In this document: positions 26,776 through 38,112 of the stretch, in pieces
Position numbering within the stretch: position 1 is the stretch's first letter
Layout of the letters: the number at the start of each line of letters is the position of its first letter
Source: an uncultured Acidobacteriota bacterium
GTDB taxonomy: Bacteria; Actinomycetota; Acidimicrobiia; Acidimicrobiales; SHLQ01
Length of the DNA: 64,000 nt
Direction: 5' to 3'
Assembly (NCBI GenBank): GCA_963738445.1
Contig: CAVTWS010000008.1
Span: 51,764-115,763 of the forward strand
Made by a program: the position numbers and the translations under genes
Notes under the pieces: model-generated
Database searches by the model: none
What the model was told of the DNA's origin: nothing
Seen by the model: the letters and a program-made list of their open reading frames with translations, nothing else

Positions 26776-27883
26776 ATGGGTGTGATGGCCGAAGCGGAGC
26801 GTGTGCTCGAAGCGACTGATCCGTCGTCGTGTGATGCGGCGGGGTTGCGGGAGTTGGTGCGGGCGGTGGTGCGCGTCGAGCGCTCTTTGGGTGGTCATCG
26901 GCACCGGATCGCCGCGGCGGCGGTCGCGTTGGAGGCGAGCGGTTCGGGGCCGTCGACACAGGAGACCCTGTCCGCTTGTGGGGCGATCTCGCAGCGGGCC
27001 GCCAAGGCCCAAGCCGATCAAGCAGCGGCGTTGACGGCGTCCCCTGCAGTCGCTGACGCCGCGCAGTCCGGGACGGCGCATCCGGAGAACGTCGCCGCGG
27101 TGGCCACCGCGGTGCGGGGGTTGAACGCGGATCAGAAGGCCCAGTTGGCGGGTCAGGACCGTGGCCTGGCCCAACGCGCCGCCGATACCCGCCCGGACAT
27201 GTTCGCCAATCTGTTGCGGAACCGGGTTCACCAGATCAGGGCCGGTGGTGCCGAGTCGTTGCTGGAACGCCAGCGGGCGGCGTCAGGGGTGTCGATCCGG
27301 CTCGGCCGTGACGGAATGTGGGGCATCCGTGGCGACATCGATCCCGAACGCGGTTGTGCCATGTCCACCCGCCTCGACGCCGTGGCCCGCCAGTTCGCGG
27401 GTGACGATCAGGTGACGGCGAATCATCCACACCGTGACCGGCGGCCCCCATCCCGGGTCGGTGGCCGAGACGTCGGACGGTGAACCCGTCGACGTCGCCG
27501 ATCTGGGCCGAATGATGTGTGACGCCGACCACCACCGACTGCACCTCGACCCTTGTGGCCGGCCCGTCTGGGTCACGTTCGAGTCGCGCACCGCGACACG
27601 TGATCAACGCCTGGCGTTACGGGCCTGGTATCGGACGTGCCCGATCGAAGACGTCACCCCGTTCGCCGGCTGCGAGATCCACCACCTCATCCCCGTCGAA
27701 TCCGGTGGTGAGACCCGGCTCGACAACCTCGTTACCCGTCGGCTTCGAATGGCACCACAAGATCCACCACGGCGGCTGGACCCTCACCATCGCCCCTGAC
27801 CGCACCCTCACCCTCCACCGCCCCGACAGCACCCTCGACCGCACCATCCGCCACCCACCCCCATCACCCGCCACGGCCCCTGA
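26776..27883 (+). pseudogene. HNH endonuclease / DUF222 (13E12-repeat-like) gene, frameshifted
   Basis: The DUF222-like N-terminal part is in frame 1 up to about 27440. The segment ...CDADHHRLHLDPCGRPVWVTFESRTATRDQRLALRAWYRTCPIEDVTPFAGCEIHHLIPVESGGETRLDNLV is in frame 2. The segment ...WHHKIHHGGWTLTIAPD... is in frame 3. At least two frame changes are needed. The 3' end is uncertain. Confidence 0.7.
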
Positions 27884-27975
27884 ATGCCGCGCGCCGGGGC
27901 GGCGGGTCGGCCGATACCGGAGTACCCGTTCAGTGAGGAACCCAGCGATCGGTGGTGCTGGTCGCGTGCTGGTGA

Positions 27976-28754
27976 GCGCGCGCGGATCGACAACCCCTCG
28001 CGGAGACTGGCGGCGGCGCGGGCATCGGGAAGGAGATCGCGCGCCTGATCGGCCAGCACGGCGCCCGTCTGGCCATCGCCAGCCGCAAGACCGACGTGAT
28101 CGAGGCGACGAAGGCCGAGCTCGAGGCCGAGGGACTCGACGTCCACATCGACACCTGCGACGTGCGCGACCCGGCGGCCGTGCAGCGAGTCGTCGACGGC
28201 AGCCTGGCCCAGCACGGCCGGCTCGACATCGTGGTGAACAACTCGGCCGGCAACTTCCCGGCGCCGATCTCCAACATCTCGTTCAACGGCTTCAAGTCCG
28301 TCGTCGACATCGACCTGCTCGGCACCTACAACGTGTCGAAGATCGCCTACGACTCCTGGCTCGGCGAACACGGTGGGTCCGTCGTCAACATCTCCGCCCC
28401 CTTCGAGGGTCTCGGCGTCGCCACCCAGGCCCATGTCGCCGCTGCCAAGAGCGGGGTGAACTCCCTCACCCGCACGTGCGCGGTCGAGTGGGGACCGAGC
28501 TGGGTGCGGGTCAGCGCCATCGCGCCGGGTCGGCCAGTTCCATCGGCAACACCGAGGGCGTGCGCCGCTTCGCCGAGGCCAACGGTTCGGACTCCAGCCG
28601 CCCGAGCAACCTGGTCGGGATCATGGGTCACGGATTCGACATCGCCTACCTGGTGCTCTTCCTGTGCACAGCGGCGGCACGTCTGGTCAACGGTCAGATC
28701 ATCACCGTCGATGGCGGCTCGTCGGTCGACATGCTCAAGCTCGGCCGCAGCTGA
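27976..28754 (+). pseudogene. SDR oxidoreductase (2,4-dienoyl-CoA-reductase-like), disrupted at the N-terminus and near 28530
   Basis: GGGAGIGKEIARLIGQHGARLAIASR...NNSAGNFPAPI...AAAKSGVNSLTRTCAVEWGPSWVRVSAIAPG is in frame 1. NTEGVRRF...LVNGQIITVDGGSS is in frame 3. No start codon lies in frame before the glycine motif. Confidence 0.7.
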
Positions 28755-28805
28755 GGTCGAGCGCCCGATTCGCCCACCCCATGGTGAAGTCGGGCCGGGC
28801 GAGCG

Positions 28806-30539
28806 TCATCGGTTCGTGGCGGCCAGGCGGTTCCGGATCAGGCGACCCGGGTGCGCGCCCGTCGGCTCGCCGTCGTCGATCGTCACCTCGCCGGCGACGA
28901 CCGTGGCGAGGAACCCGACCGACCGCTGCTCCAGCCGCTTGCCGCCGCCGGGCAGGTCGTCGACCACCCTCGGCACGGCGGGACCCACGGTCGCCGGGTC
29001 GAACACGTTGAGGTCGGCCGCCATGCCCTCGCGCAGCAGGCCGCGGTCGGCGAACCCCCACGCCAGCGCCGGCGCCAGCGTGAGCATGCGCACCGCCTCC
29101 TCGAGGGTGAACTCCTGGCGGTCGCGGACCCAGTGGCCGAGCAGGTGGGTGTGGATCGACGAGTCGGCGATCTGGCTGAGGTGGGCGCCCGAGTCGGAGA
29201 ACGTCATCACCGTGCGCGGGTGGCGCATGCACCGCGAGCAGCACGTCGCGGATCCTGCGGGTACAGGCTCGGCTGGATGAACAGCTGCCTCGAGGTCGGT
29301 CTCGAGGGCGAGGTCGATCATCGCCTCGGCCGGGCGCACGCCCCGGCGCGGCCGCGACCTCGGCGACCGTCGGGTTCGGCGGCAGGCCGCTGCTCGTACA
29401 CGCGGATGCCGTCGAAGTCGGGCTTGCGGGGCATGGCGCCGATCCCCCGCCACCGCGTGTAGTCGCCCTCCATCGCCGGCCGTCGACCAGCCGCTCGACG
29501 CACCGCGGGTCGCGCAGCGCGCGCAGCTGCTCGGTCGTCGGGGAGCGCCCGGACGGTCGTGCCATTCGGGCAGCAGGTCGAACGGCAGCCGCGTGCGCGA
29601 ACGACAGCAGCACGTTGATGCCGCGGCAGTGCGATCTGGCCGATCATGCGCCCGCCGGCCGCGGCGACGCCGTCGATGAGCTCGAGCATCTCGTAGCCAC
29701 CCGGGTTGGTGGCGATGATGCCCATCGTCATCGGCACGCCGGTCGTCGACGGCGAGGTCGCGCATCGCGCGCTCGCGGCCAGCTCGCGCGCTCGGGGTCG
29801 GGCGACAGGACGTCCTCGGCCCCACCCTCGAGGATGCCGACGCCGAGCGTCGCCCATCACGCCGACGAGCGCGCACGACCTCGTCCCACGACGCGAGGCG
29901 CGACGCGACCGGCCGGTCGTCGGAGGTCTCGTGGTGCTCGCTGCGCGACGTCGTGAAGCCCGATCGCCCCGGCCCGCAGCGCCGTCGGCGAGCTGGCCGG
30001 CCATCAGCGGCGAGGTCGTCGGCGGTCGCCTCCTCCTCGAAGGCCCGCTCGCCCATCGCCCAGGTGCGCAGCGCCGAGTGGCCGACGTTGGCCGCGTAGT
30101 TGATCGCCTTCGGGCAGGCGCGTCGACCGCGTCGAGGTACTCGGGGAAGGTCTCCCAGCTCCAGTCGATGCCGAGCGCGAGCGCGGCCGGGTCGATGTCC
30201 TCGGCCCGCTCGAGGTTGCGCACGACCAGGGCCCGCTCGGCGTCGCGCACCGGCGCCAGGGTGAACCCGCAGTTGCCCATCACCGCGGTGGTCACGCCGT
30301 GCCAGCACGAGTTGGCGCCCAGCGGATCCCAGAACACCTGGGCGTCGAGATGGGTGTGGCCGTCGATGAAGCCCGGGCGTGACGACGTGGCCCTCGGCGT
30401 CGATCTCCTGGCGCCCCGCTCGCCGATCCGGCCGACCCGGGCGATGCGGCCGCCGACGACGCCGACGTCGGCCCGGTAGGAGCCGAAGCCCGAGCCGTCG
30501 ACCACCGGTCCCGTTGCGGATCACCACGTCGTACGCCAT
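28806..30539 (-). pseudogene. D-aminoacylase-family amidohydrolase, multiply frameshifted in its 5' two-thirds
   Basis: Conserved segments alternate between minus-strand frames: MAYDVVIRNGT / VVDGSGFGSYRADVGVVGGRIARVG / EIDAEGHVVTPG / FIDGHTHLDAQVFWDP...GVTTAVMGNCGF / PKAINYAANVGHSALR... The last roughly 170 codons (about 29330 down to 28806) are contiguous. Confidence 0.8.
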
Positions 30540-30615
30540 CGCGACCTATTGCTTACCCGCGGATTCATGAGCGCGCATTAGCTCGCCGCACCGGACGCAC
30601 AGGAGGGAGCGTCCG

Positions 30616-32075
30616 ATGAGCGCGTCGCACGCGCCGACGGAGGTCCGGCCGCAGCTCGGACCACCCCGTGATCGACATCGACGGCCACACCGTCGAGTTC
30701 TTCCCCGCCCTCGCCGGCGAGCTGGTCGAAGGAGGGCGTCCGCCTCGACGGCGACGTCGATGCTGCGCCGCACGTCGGGCACCTTCGGGCCCGATCGTCG
30801 ACTGGTACGCGCTCAGCCCCGACGGAGCGGGCCGAGCGCCGGGTCGCCCGCGGCCCGTGGGGCAGCGGCGGCATGGAGCTGACGCCATCGACCGCGCCAC
30901 CGCGATGCTCCCCGCGCCTGCTGTACGAGCGCCTCGACGAGCTCGGCATCGACGTCAGCGTCGATCTACCCGAGCTTCGGCCTGCTGTTCCGCCACTTCG
31001 ACGACGAGACGCGACCGCCGCGGCGCGTGCCGGGCGCTCAACCGGTTCAACGCCGAGGTGTTCGCCGAGTTCGCCGACCGGCTGCATCCCGGTCGCCGCG
31101 ATCCCGATGCACACCCCCGAGGAGGCGGTCGACGAGCTCGAGCACGCGGCCGACGCTCGGGTTCCAGGCCGTCGTGATGGCCGGGTTCGTGCAGCGCCCG
31201 ATCGCGGCCGTCGCCGAGCGTCGATCCCGAGCTCGCGCAGTACGCGGTGTGGACCGACACCTTCGGCCTCGACAGCGCAGTACGACTACGACCCGGTGTG
31301 GCAGAAGTGCCGCGAGCTCGGCGTCGCGCCCGCGTTCCACTCGGCGGCGATGGGCTGGCAGAACCGGGCGTCGATCTCGAGCTACGTGTACAACCACGTC
31401 GGCATGCTCGGCGAGAGCCACCACGCGCTCGCCAAGTCGCTGTTCCTCGGCGGCGTGACCCGACGCTTCCCCGAGCTCAACTTCGCCTTCCTCGAGGGTG
31501 GCGTGGCGTGGGCGGCGTCGCTGTACGCCGACCTCATCGGCCACTGGGAGAAGCGCAACGGCGACGCCATGCGCCGCGCTCGATCCCGCGCGACGTCGAC
31601 TGGGACGAGTTCGCCGACCTGTTCGCGCGCTACGGCGGCGAGTGGGCGGACGATGGCTCCCAAGCCGCGCGAGCTACCCGCCGCAGGACGTCGCGTTGCT
31701 CGACGAGTTCGCGGCGTGCGGCATCGAACGAGCCGAGGACATCCACGACCTGTTCGTGCCCCGTTCTTCTTCGGCTGCGAGGCCGACGACCCGATGACGG
31801 CCACCGCGTTCAACACCAAGGTCAACCCGTTCGGCGCCCGCTTCAACGCCATGTTCGGCTCCGACATCTCGCACTGGGACGTGCCCGTCATGGCCGAGGT
31901 GCTCGGCGAGGCGTGCGAGATGGTCGAGCACGAGCTGCTTCACCGACGCCGACTTCCGCGACTTCGTGTTCGCGCAACCCGGTGCGCTTCTACACCGCGC
32001 GGCAACCCGCAGCTTCTTCGACGGCACCGCGCGTCGAGGCGCGCGGTCGCCGCCGAGCTGGCCACCGCGAGCTGA
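30616..32075 (+). pseudogene. Amidohydrolase_2-family gene, multiply frameshifted
   Basis: The fragments VIDIDGHTVEFFPALAGELV, RLLYERLDELGIDVSV, ALNRFNAEVFAEFADRL, IPVAAIPMHTPEEAVDELEHAA, LGFQAVVMAGFVQRPI, YDYDPVWQKCRELGVAPAFHS...FAFLEGGVAWA and FFFGCEADDPMTA...SDISHWD are spread over all three plus-strand frames. Confidence 0.8.
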
Positions 32076-32088
32076 CGGCTGAGCCGAC

Positions 32089-33837
32089 ATGCTCGATCTC
32101 GTGCTCCGCGGCGGCCGCGTCGTCGACGGGACCGGCGCGCCCGCCGTCGACGGCCGACGTCGGCGTCCGCGACGGTCGCGATCGTCGCCATCGGACCGTC
32201 GCGGCGACGCTCGGCGCGGCGCACGACGGTCGACGCCGACGGCCGGGTCGTGCGCCCCGGGTTCATCGACATCCACACCCACTACGACGTGCAGGCGCTG
32301 TGGGACGGCGCCTCACGCCCGTCGCCGCTGCACGGCGTCACGACGGTCATCGGCGGCAACTGCGGCTTCTCGATCGCGCCGCTCGAACCCGAGCACGCCG
32401 ACTACGTGATGCGGATGATGGCCCGGGTCGAGGGCATGCCGCTCGACGCGCTCGAGGCCGGCCCGGCCTGGGACTGGCGGTCGTTCGGCGAGTGGCTCGA
32501 CCGCCTCGACGGCCGGCACCTGGCCGTCAACGCCGGCTTCCTCGTCGGCCACTCGACGGTGCGCCGGCTCGTGATGGGCGAGCGCCGCCGTGACCGGCCC
32601 GGCGACGCCGGACCAGATCGAGGCGATGGTCGCGCTCGTCGCGCGAGTCGCTGGCCGCGGGCGCGCTCGGGTTCTCGTCGTCGCTCGGCGAGGCCCACAC
32701 CGACGGCGACGGTCGGCCGGTGCCGTCCCGCGTCGCCGCAGCCCGACGAGTTCGTCGCGCTCGCCGCGTGTCGCCCGCGACCATCCCGGGCACGACGCTC
32801 GAGTTCATCGCCGCCATGGGCGAGATCCCCGACCGAGCGCATCGAGCTCATGGCCGACATGTCGCTCGCCGCCGACCGTCCGCTCAACTGGAACCTGCTC
32901 GGCAGCCTGTCACCCACCGAGGTCTACGAGCAGCAGCTCACGTCGTGCGACCGCGGCCGCCGAACGGGGCGCCACCGTCGTCGCCCTCGCCCTGCCCGAC
33001 CTGCTGCGCATGCGCGGCGGCCGCATGCTCGCCGGCCTCCCCGGATGGGGCGACGTGCTCCGGCGCTCCGCCGAGGATCGCCGCGCCGCCATCGCCGACC
33101 CCGACGTCCGGGCCCGCCTGCCGAGCCGCGGTGAACGAGGCCGCCGAGCGGGGGCTGGAGGTCGTGACGCAAGTTGGAACTGGTCGAGGTGGCCGAAGCG
33201 GCCAGACCCGAGTCCGAGGCGTTCGTCGGCCGCACCATCGCCGAGCTGGCCGCCGAGCGGGGCACCGACGCCATCGACGTGCTGCTCGACGTCGTGGTCC
33301 CCGACGACCTCCCGCTGACCATCGTGTTCCCGTCGCTGGTGCCATCGCTCGGCGTGTCCGACGAGAGCTGGGCGGCGCGGGGCCGAGGTCTGGAACGACC
33401 CCCGGGTGGTGCTCGGCGGATCCGACGCCGGCGCGCACGTCGACCTCATGTGCCACGCCAACTACCCGACGGTCGTGCTCGGCGAGATGGTCCGGGAGCG
33501 GGGCTTGTTCACGCTCGAGGAGGCGTGTACGCCAGATGACCGACGTGCCGGCCCGCCTGCTCGGCCTGCGCGATCGGGGCCGGATCGCCGACGGCGCGCA
33601 CGCCGACCTCGTGGTGTTCGACCCGGACCGGATCGGCTCGCCGGCCCGCTCACGCCCGTCACGACCTGCCCGGCGGCGCGCTGCGGCTCTACGCCGAGGC
33701 GGTCGGCGATCGACCACGTCGTGGTCGCGGGACGCAGCATCGTCGTCGACGGCGTGGTCACGACGGAACGCCCAGGCCGTGTGCTCCGCTCGGGCGCCGA
33801 CACCGACACCGTCACCGTCCCCGGCGGCGCCGCGTGA
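32089..33837 (+). pseudogene. D-aminoacylase-family amidohydrolase, multiply frameshifted (paralogue of 9551..11287)
   Basis: Collinear with the intact paralogue but hopping frames: MLDLVLRGGRVVDGTGAPAV / ADVGVRDGR / IVAIG / RPGFIDIHTHYD...GHSTVRRLVMGE / TGPATPDQIEAMVALV / ESLAAGALGFSSSLGEAHTDGDGRPVPSR / ...LMADMSLAADRPLNWNLLGS... / GGSDAGAHVDLMCHANYPTVVLG / MTDVPARLLGLRDRGRI / ...RPGRVLRSG. Confidence 0.85.
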
Positions 33838-33925
33838 GCCCCCGCCACGCCACCCCACCGAAATTTGGGCGATCCTCCCTCCCCAGCGGGGATTTTCGAC
33901 CACAGATCGGGATGGAGGCGAGCGC

Positions 33926-34669
33926 GTGAGTCGGTTCGACGGCAGGGTCGCGCTGGTCACCGGAGCCGGCGGCGGGATCGGAAGGGCCTGTGTTGCCCGT
34001 CTCAACGCCGAAGGGGCAACCGTCGTCGCCGCGGACGTGGACGAGTCGGCCGCCCAGGCGACCGGCGCCGCCGTCGGCGGATCGACCGTTGCCCGCGTCC
34101 TCGACGTGACCGATCCCGCTTCGTGCGCGGCCGCGGTCGCTGCCGCGGTGGACACCTACGGACGCCTCGACGTGCTCGTCAACGTGGCCGGGGTGGGCGG
34201 GTTCGCCCCCACCGGGGACGTGAGCCTCGACGACTGGAACCGAACGATCGCCGTCAACCTCACGGGCACCTTCCTCATGAGCCAAGCGGCGCTCGCCCCG
34301 CTGCTCGACGGCGGGGGCGCCATCGTCAACCTGGCTTCGGTCGCCGGCGTGCGGGGCGTTCCGTACAACGCGGCCTACTGCGCCTCGAAGGGCGGCGTGG
34401 TGATGCTGACCAAGTCGATGGCGGTGGAGTTCGGGCGGCACGGACTGCGGGTCAACTGCGTGTGCCCCGGCATGGTCGACACCGGTTTCCTGTCCACGTT
34501 CGAGTTCACGGACGACATGGACATGTCGCTGTTCGCTCGGGGGGCGTCGGTCATCCCGGGTGCCATGAGCCCCGATGTGGTGGCGGCAGCGGTGGCCTAC
34601 TTGGCCTCCCGCGATGCGTCGTCGGTCACCGGCGCGGCGATGATGCTCGACGGTGGCGCCACGGCCTGA
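33926..34669 (+). CDS. SDR-family oxidoreductase (intact)
   Basis: GTG 33926. VSRFDGRVALVTGAGGGIGRA..., NVAGVGG, YNAAYCASKGG (YxxxK) and MLDGGATA are present. Confidence 0.85.
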   Translation: MSRFDGRVALVTGAGGGIGRACVARLNAEGATVVAADVDESAAQATGAAVGGSTVARVLDVTDPASCAAAVAAAVDTYGRLDVLVNVAGVGGFAPTGDVSLDDWNRTIAVNLTGTFLMSQAALAPLLDGGGAIVNLASVAGVRGVPYNAAYCASKGGVVMLTKSMAVEFGRHGLRVNCVCPGMVDTGFLSTFEFTDDMDMSLFARGASVIPGAMSPDVVAAAVAYLASRDASSVTGAAMMLDGGATA

Positions 34670-34709
34670 ACGTGCCCGCGACCTCGTTCGCCGTGCCAGC
34701 CATGGCCGC

Positions 34710-35180
34710 ATGAGGATCAGCGCTCGGGTCGACTACGCGGTGCGGGCGATGACCCGGCTCGTGCCGTCGTGGGACGGCGAGCCGATCAAGGCCGAGCAGA
34801 TCGCCACCGAGCAGGACATCTCGGTCAAGTACCTGCTCGGCATCCTCACCGAGCTCAAACGCGCCCAGCTCGTCCGCAGCCAGCGCGGCCCGGACGGCGG
34901 CTTCCAGCTCAGCCGGCCCCCGGAGCAGATCACCTTGGCCGACGTGTTTCGCGCCGTCGACGGCCCGCTCGCCGACGTGCACGACGAGAGCCTCCGCGAC
35001 CTGTCGTACCCGGCCCCGGCCCAGTCCCTGCCCGATGTGTGGATGGCCATCCGGGCCAGCCTCCGACGGGTGCTCGAGACGGTCAGCATCGCCCAGTTGG
35101 CCTCCGGCAGCCTGCCGGCGACCGTCGCCGACCTGGCCGCCGAGTACCGGGCCTCGACAACGGCTCAGCGGCCCAGGTAG
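34710..35180 (+). CDS. Rrf2-family transcriptional regulator
   Basis: [17 protein letters not shown]...[31 protein letters not shown] is the Rrf2 wHTH. No obvious three-Cys cluster is seen. Confidence 0.85.
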   Translation: MRISARVDYAVRAMTRLVPSWDGEPIKAEQIATEQDISVKYLLGILTELKRAQLVRSQRGPDGGFQLSRPPEQITLADVFRAVDGPLADVHDESLRDLSYPAPAQSLPDVWMAIRASLRRVLETVSIAQLASGSLPATVADLAAEYRASTTAQRPR

Positions 35181-35253
35181 CCTGTCGATCGAATTCTCTA
35201 GTTCATCAGTGGAGAATGTTCTGTTTACGTGGGATTCCGAAGGAGCCGCCCCC
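35181..35253 (+). promoter_or_regulatory. AT-richer leader/promoter region of cysD, with a small inverted repeat and an RBS
   Basis: This is the lowest-GC stretch in the neighbourhood (CGATCGAATTCTCTAGTTCATCAGTGGAGAATGTTCTGTTTACG). The inverted repeat is ATTCTC-N13-GAGAAT (35193-35217). AAGGAG (35240-35245) lies 8 nt before ATG 35254. Confidence 0.35.
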
Positions 35254-36153
35254 ATGACGCTCACCCACCTGCAGCGCCTGGAGGCCGAGAGCATCCAGAT
35301 CATGCGCGAAGCCGTGTCCGAGTCCGAGAACCCGGTGATGCTCTACAGCATCGGCAAGGACAGCTCGGTCATGTTGCGCCTGGCGCTCAAGGCCTTCTAC
35401 CCGTCGAAGCCGCCGTTCCCGCTGCTCCACGTCGACACCACCTGGAAGTTCCAGGAGATGATCACGTTCCGCGACGATCTGATCGCGGACCTGGGCTTGG
35501 ATCTGCTCGTGCACATCAACCCCGAGTGCGTCGAGATGGGCATCAACCCGTTCGACCACGGCTCGGCCCTGCACACCGACCTCTGGAAGACGGTGGGCCT
35601 CAAGCAGGCGCTCGACAAGTTCGGGTTCGACGCCGCGTTCGGCGGTGCCCGGCGCGACGAGGAGAAGTCACGGGCCAAAGAGCGCGTCTTCTCGATCCGC
35701 TCCGCGCAGCACCAGTGGGACCCCAAGAACCAGCGCCCCGAGTTGTGGCAGCTCTACAACGCCCGCCGCAACAAGGGGGAGAGCATCCGGGTGTTCCCGC
35801 TGTCGAACTGGACCGAGCTCGACGTGTGGCAGTACATCCACCTCGAGCAGATCCCCATCGTGCCGCTCTACTTCTCGGCGCCACGCCCGGTCGTGAACCG
35901 CGACGGAACGCTCATCATGGTCGACGACGACCGCATGCCTCTCGAGCCCGGCGAGGAACCCGCGGTGAAGAACGTGCGCTTCCGCACCCTCGGCTGCTAC
36001 CCGCTCACCGGGGCGATCGAGAGCGAGGCGTCGACCCTCACCGAGATCATCCAGGAGATGCTGCTCACCACCACGTCGGAACGCCAGGGCCGGATGATCG
36101 ACCACGACTCGTCCGGGTCGATGGAGAAGAAGAAGCAGGAGGGCTACTTCTAG
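35254..36153 (+). CDS. cysD: Sulfate adenylyltransferase subunit 2
   Basis: [11 protein letters not shown]...[16 protein letters not shown]...[10 protein letters not shown]...[11 protein letters not shown]...[10 protein letters not shown] is a textbook CysD. Confidence 0.95.
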   Translation: MTLTHLQRLEAESIQIMREAVSESENPVMLYSIGKDSSVMLRLALKAFYPSKPPFPLLHVDTTWKFQEMITFRDDLIADLGLDLLVHINPECVEMGINPFDHGSALHTDLWKTVGLKQALDKFGFDAAFGGARRDEEKSRAKERVFSIRSAQHQWDPKNQRPELWQLYNARRNKGESIRVFPLSNWTELDVWQYIHLEQIPIVPLYFSAPRPVVNRDGTLIMVDDDRMPLEPGEEPAVKNVRFRTLGCYPLTGAIESEASTLTEIIQEMLLTTTSERQGRMIDHDSSGSMEKKKQEGYF

Positions 36154-38054
36154 TGGCTCACGTCTCCGCTCTCATCGCCACCGACATCGACGCCTACCTC
36201 CACGCGCACGAGCACAAGAGCCTGCTGAGGTTCATCACCTGCGGCAGCGTCGACGACGGCAAGTCCACGCTCATCGGCCGCATGCTCTACGAATCGCACA
36301 TGGTGTTCGAGGACCACATGGCCGCGCTCGAGGCCGACTCCAAGAAGGTCGGCACGCAGGGCGGCGACCTCGACTTCGCCCTCCTGCTCGACGGTCTCAC
36401 CGCCGAGCGCGAGCAGGGCATCACCATCGACGTCGCCTACCGCTTCTTCTCCACCGAACGCCGCAAGTTCATCGTGGCCGACACACCCGGTCACGAGCAG
36501 TACACCCGCAACATGGTCACGGGAGCGTCGACGGCCGACCTGGCGGTCATCCTGATCGACGCCCGCAAGGGCGTCCTCACCCAGACCCGGCGCCACAGCT
36601 ACCTCGTCTCGTTGATCGGCATCAAACACGTCGTGCTGGCCGTCAACAAGATGGACCTGGTCGGGTTCGATCGCGAGACCTTCGATGACATCGAGGCCGA
36701 CTACAGGGCCTTCGCGGCCCAGATCGGTCTCACCGACATCGTGGCCATCCCGTTGTCGGCGCTCAAGGGCGACAACATCGTGGAGATCAGCGCCGACACC
36801 CCCTGGTACACCGGTCCCACACTGTTCGAGCACCTGGAAACCGTCGTGGTCGACGACTCCCGCACCGAAGGCGCGTTCCGGCTGCCGGTGCAGTGGGTGA
36901 ACCGGCCCGACCTCGACTTCCGTGGGTTCTCGGGAACGGTGGTCAACGGTGCCGTACGACCGGGCGACCGGGTGCGGGTCGCGCCGGCCGGGACCATCTC
37001 GACCGTGGCCCGGATCGTCACCATGGACGGCGATCTGCCCGAAGCGGTCGCGGGCCAGTCCGTCACCATCACGTTGACGGATGAGGTCGACGTGAGCCGG
37101 GGCGACGTGTTGTGCGCCGCCGACCAGCCGCCCGAGGTGGCCGACCAGTTCGAGGCTCACATCGTCTGGATGACCGACCAGCCCATGCTGCCCGGCCGGC
37201 CCTACCTGCTCAAGATCGGCACCCGCACCGTCGGGGCGACCATCGGCCATCCGAAGTACAAGGTCAACGTCAACACGCTCGAGCACAACCCGGCCAACAC
37301 GCTGGAGCTCAACGAGATCGGCGTCGCCAACCTCAACCTCGACCGGCCCATCGCCTTCGACCCCTACCGCGAGTGCCGCGACACCGGCGGCTTCATCATC
37401 ATCGACCGCATCACCAACGCCACCCTCGGCGCCGGGCTGCTTCACTTCGCCTTGCGGCGTTCGCAGAACATCCACTGGCAGGCGGTCGAGGTCGACAAGT
37501 CGGCCCGGGCGGCACTCAATGGGCACCGGTCCGGCGTGGTGTGGTTCACCGGGCTCTCCGGTTCAGGGAAATCGACCATCGCAAACCTGGTCGAGCAGCG
37601 ACTTCACACCCTCGGTGTGCGCACCTACCTGCTCGATGGCGACAACGTGCGCCACGGCCTCAACCGCGACCTCGGCTTCACCGAGGCGGACCGGGTGGAG
37701 AACATCCGCCGGGTCGCCGAGGTGGCCGGGCTCATGGTCGACGCCGGGCTCGTCGTGCTCACCGCGTTCATCTCGCCGTTCCGGTCCGAGCGCCGCCTGG
37801 CCCGCGACCGGGTCGGCGACGGCGAGTTCGTGGAGGTGTTCGTCGACACGCCGCTGGCGCTGGCCGAGGAGCGCGACCCCAAGGGCCTCTACCGCAAGGC
37901 CCGGGCCGGTGAGTTGAAGAATTTCACGGGCATCGATTCGCCCTACGAGGCCCCCGAAGCGCCCGAGGTGCACATCGACACGTCGACGCTCAGCCCCGAG
38001 GAGTCGGCCGACCAGATCGTGGAGCGCCTGAGGGCACTGGGCATCATCACCTGA
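36153..38054 (+). CDS. cysNC: Bifunctional sulfate adenylyltransferase subunit 1 / adenylyl-sulfate kinase
   Basis: GTG 36153 overlaps the cysD TAG by 1 nt. The GTPase motifs are [17 protein letters not shown] and NKMD. The C-terminal APS kinase domain has the P-loop GLSGSGKST. Confidence 0.95.
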   Translation: MAHVSALIATDIDAYLHAHEHKSLLRFITCGSVDDGKSTLIGRMLYESHMVFEDHMAALEADSKKVGTQGGDLDFALLLDGLTAEREQGITIDVAYRFFSTERRKFIVADTPGHEQYTRNMVTGASTADLAVILIDARKGVLTQTRRHSYLVSLIGIKHVVLAVNKMDLVGFDRETFDDIEADYRAFAAQIGLTDIVAIPLSALKGDNIVEISADTPWYTGPTLFEHLETVVVDDSRTEGAFRLPVQWVNRPDLDFRGFSGTVVNGAVRPGDRVRVAPAGTISTVARIVTMDGDLPEAVAGQSVTITLTDEVDVSRGDVLCAADQPPEVADQFEAHIVWMTDQPMLPGRPYLLKIGTRTVGATIGHPKYKVNVNTLEHNPANTLELNEIGVANLNLDRPIAFDPYRECRDTGGFIIIDRITNATLGAGLLHFALRRSQNIHWQAVEVDKSARAALNGHRSGVVWFTGLSGSGKSTIANLVEQRLHTLGVRTYLLDGDNVRHGLNRDLGFTEADRVENIRRVAEVAGLMVDAGLVVLTAFISPFRSERRLARDRVGDGEFVEVFVDTPLALAEERDPKGLYRKARAGELKNFTGIDSPYEAPEAPEVHIDTSTLSPEESADQIVERLRALGIIT

Positions 38055-38112
38055 ACGGAGCCACCCCTGACCACCTCCCCGACCGATCTGCTTCGAGACG
38101 AGCGAGACCTTC

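Noticed and set aside
27400-33840. Programmed ribosomal frameshifting, transcriptional slippage, or an alternative genetic code as the explanation for the frameshift block.
   Set aside because: There are far too many switches, in both directions, across five unrelated genes on both strands. No recurring slippery heptamer is seen at the junctions I inspected.
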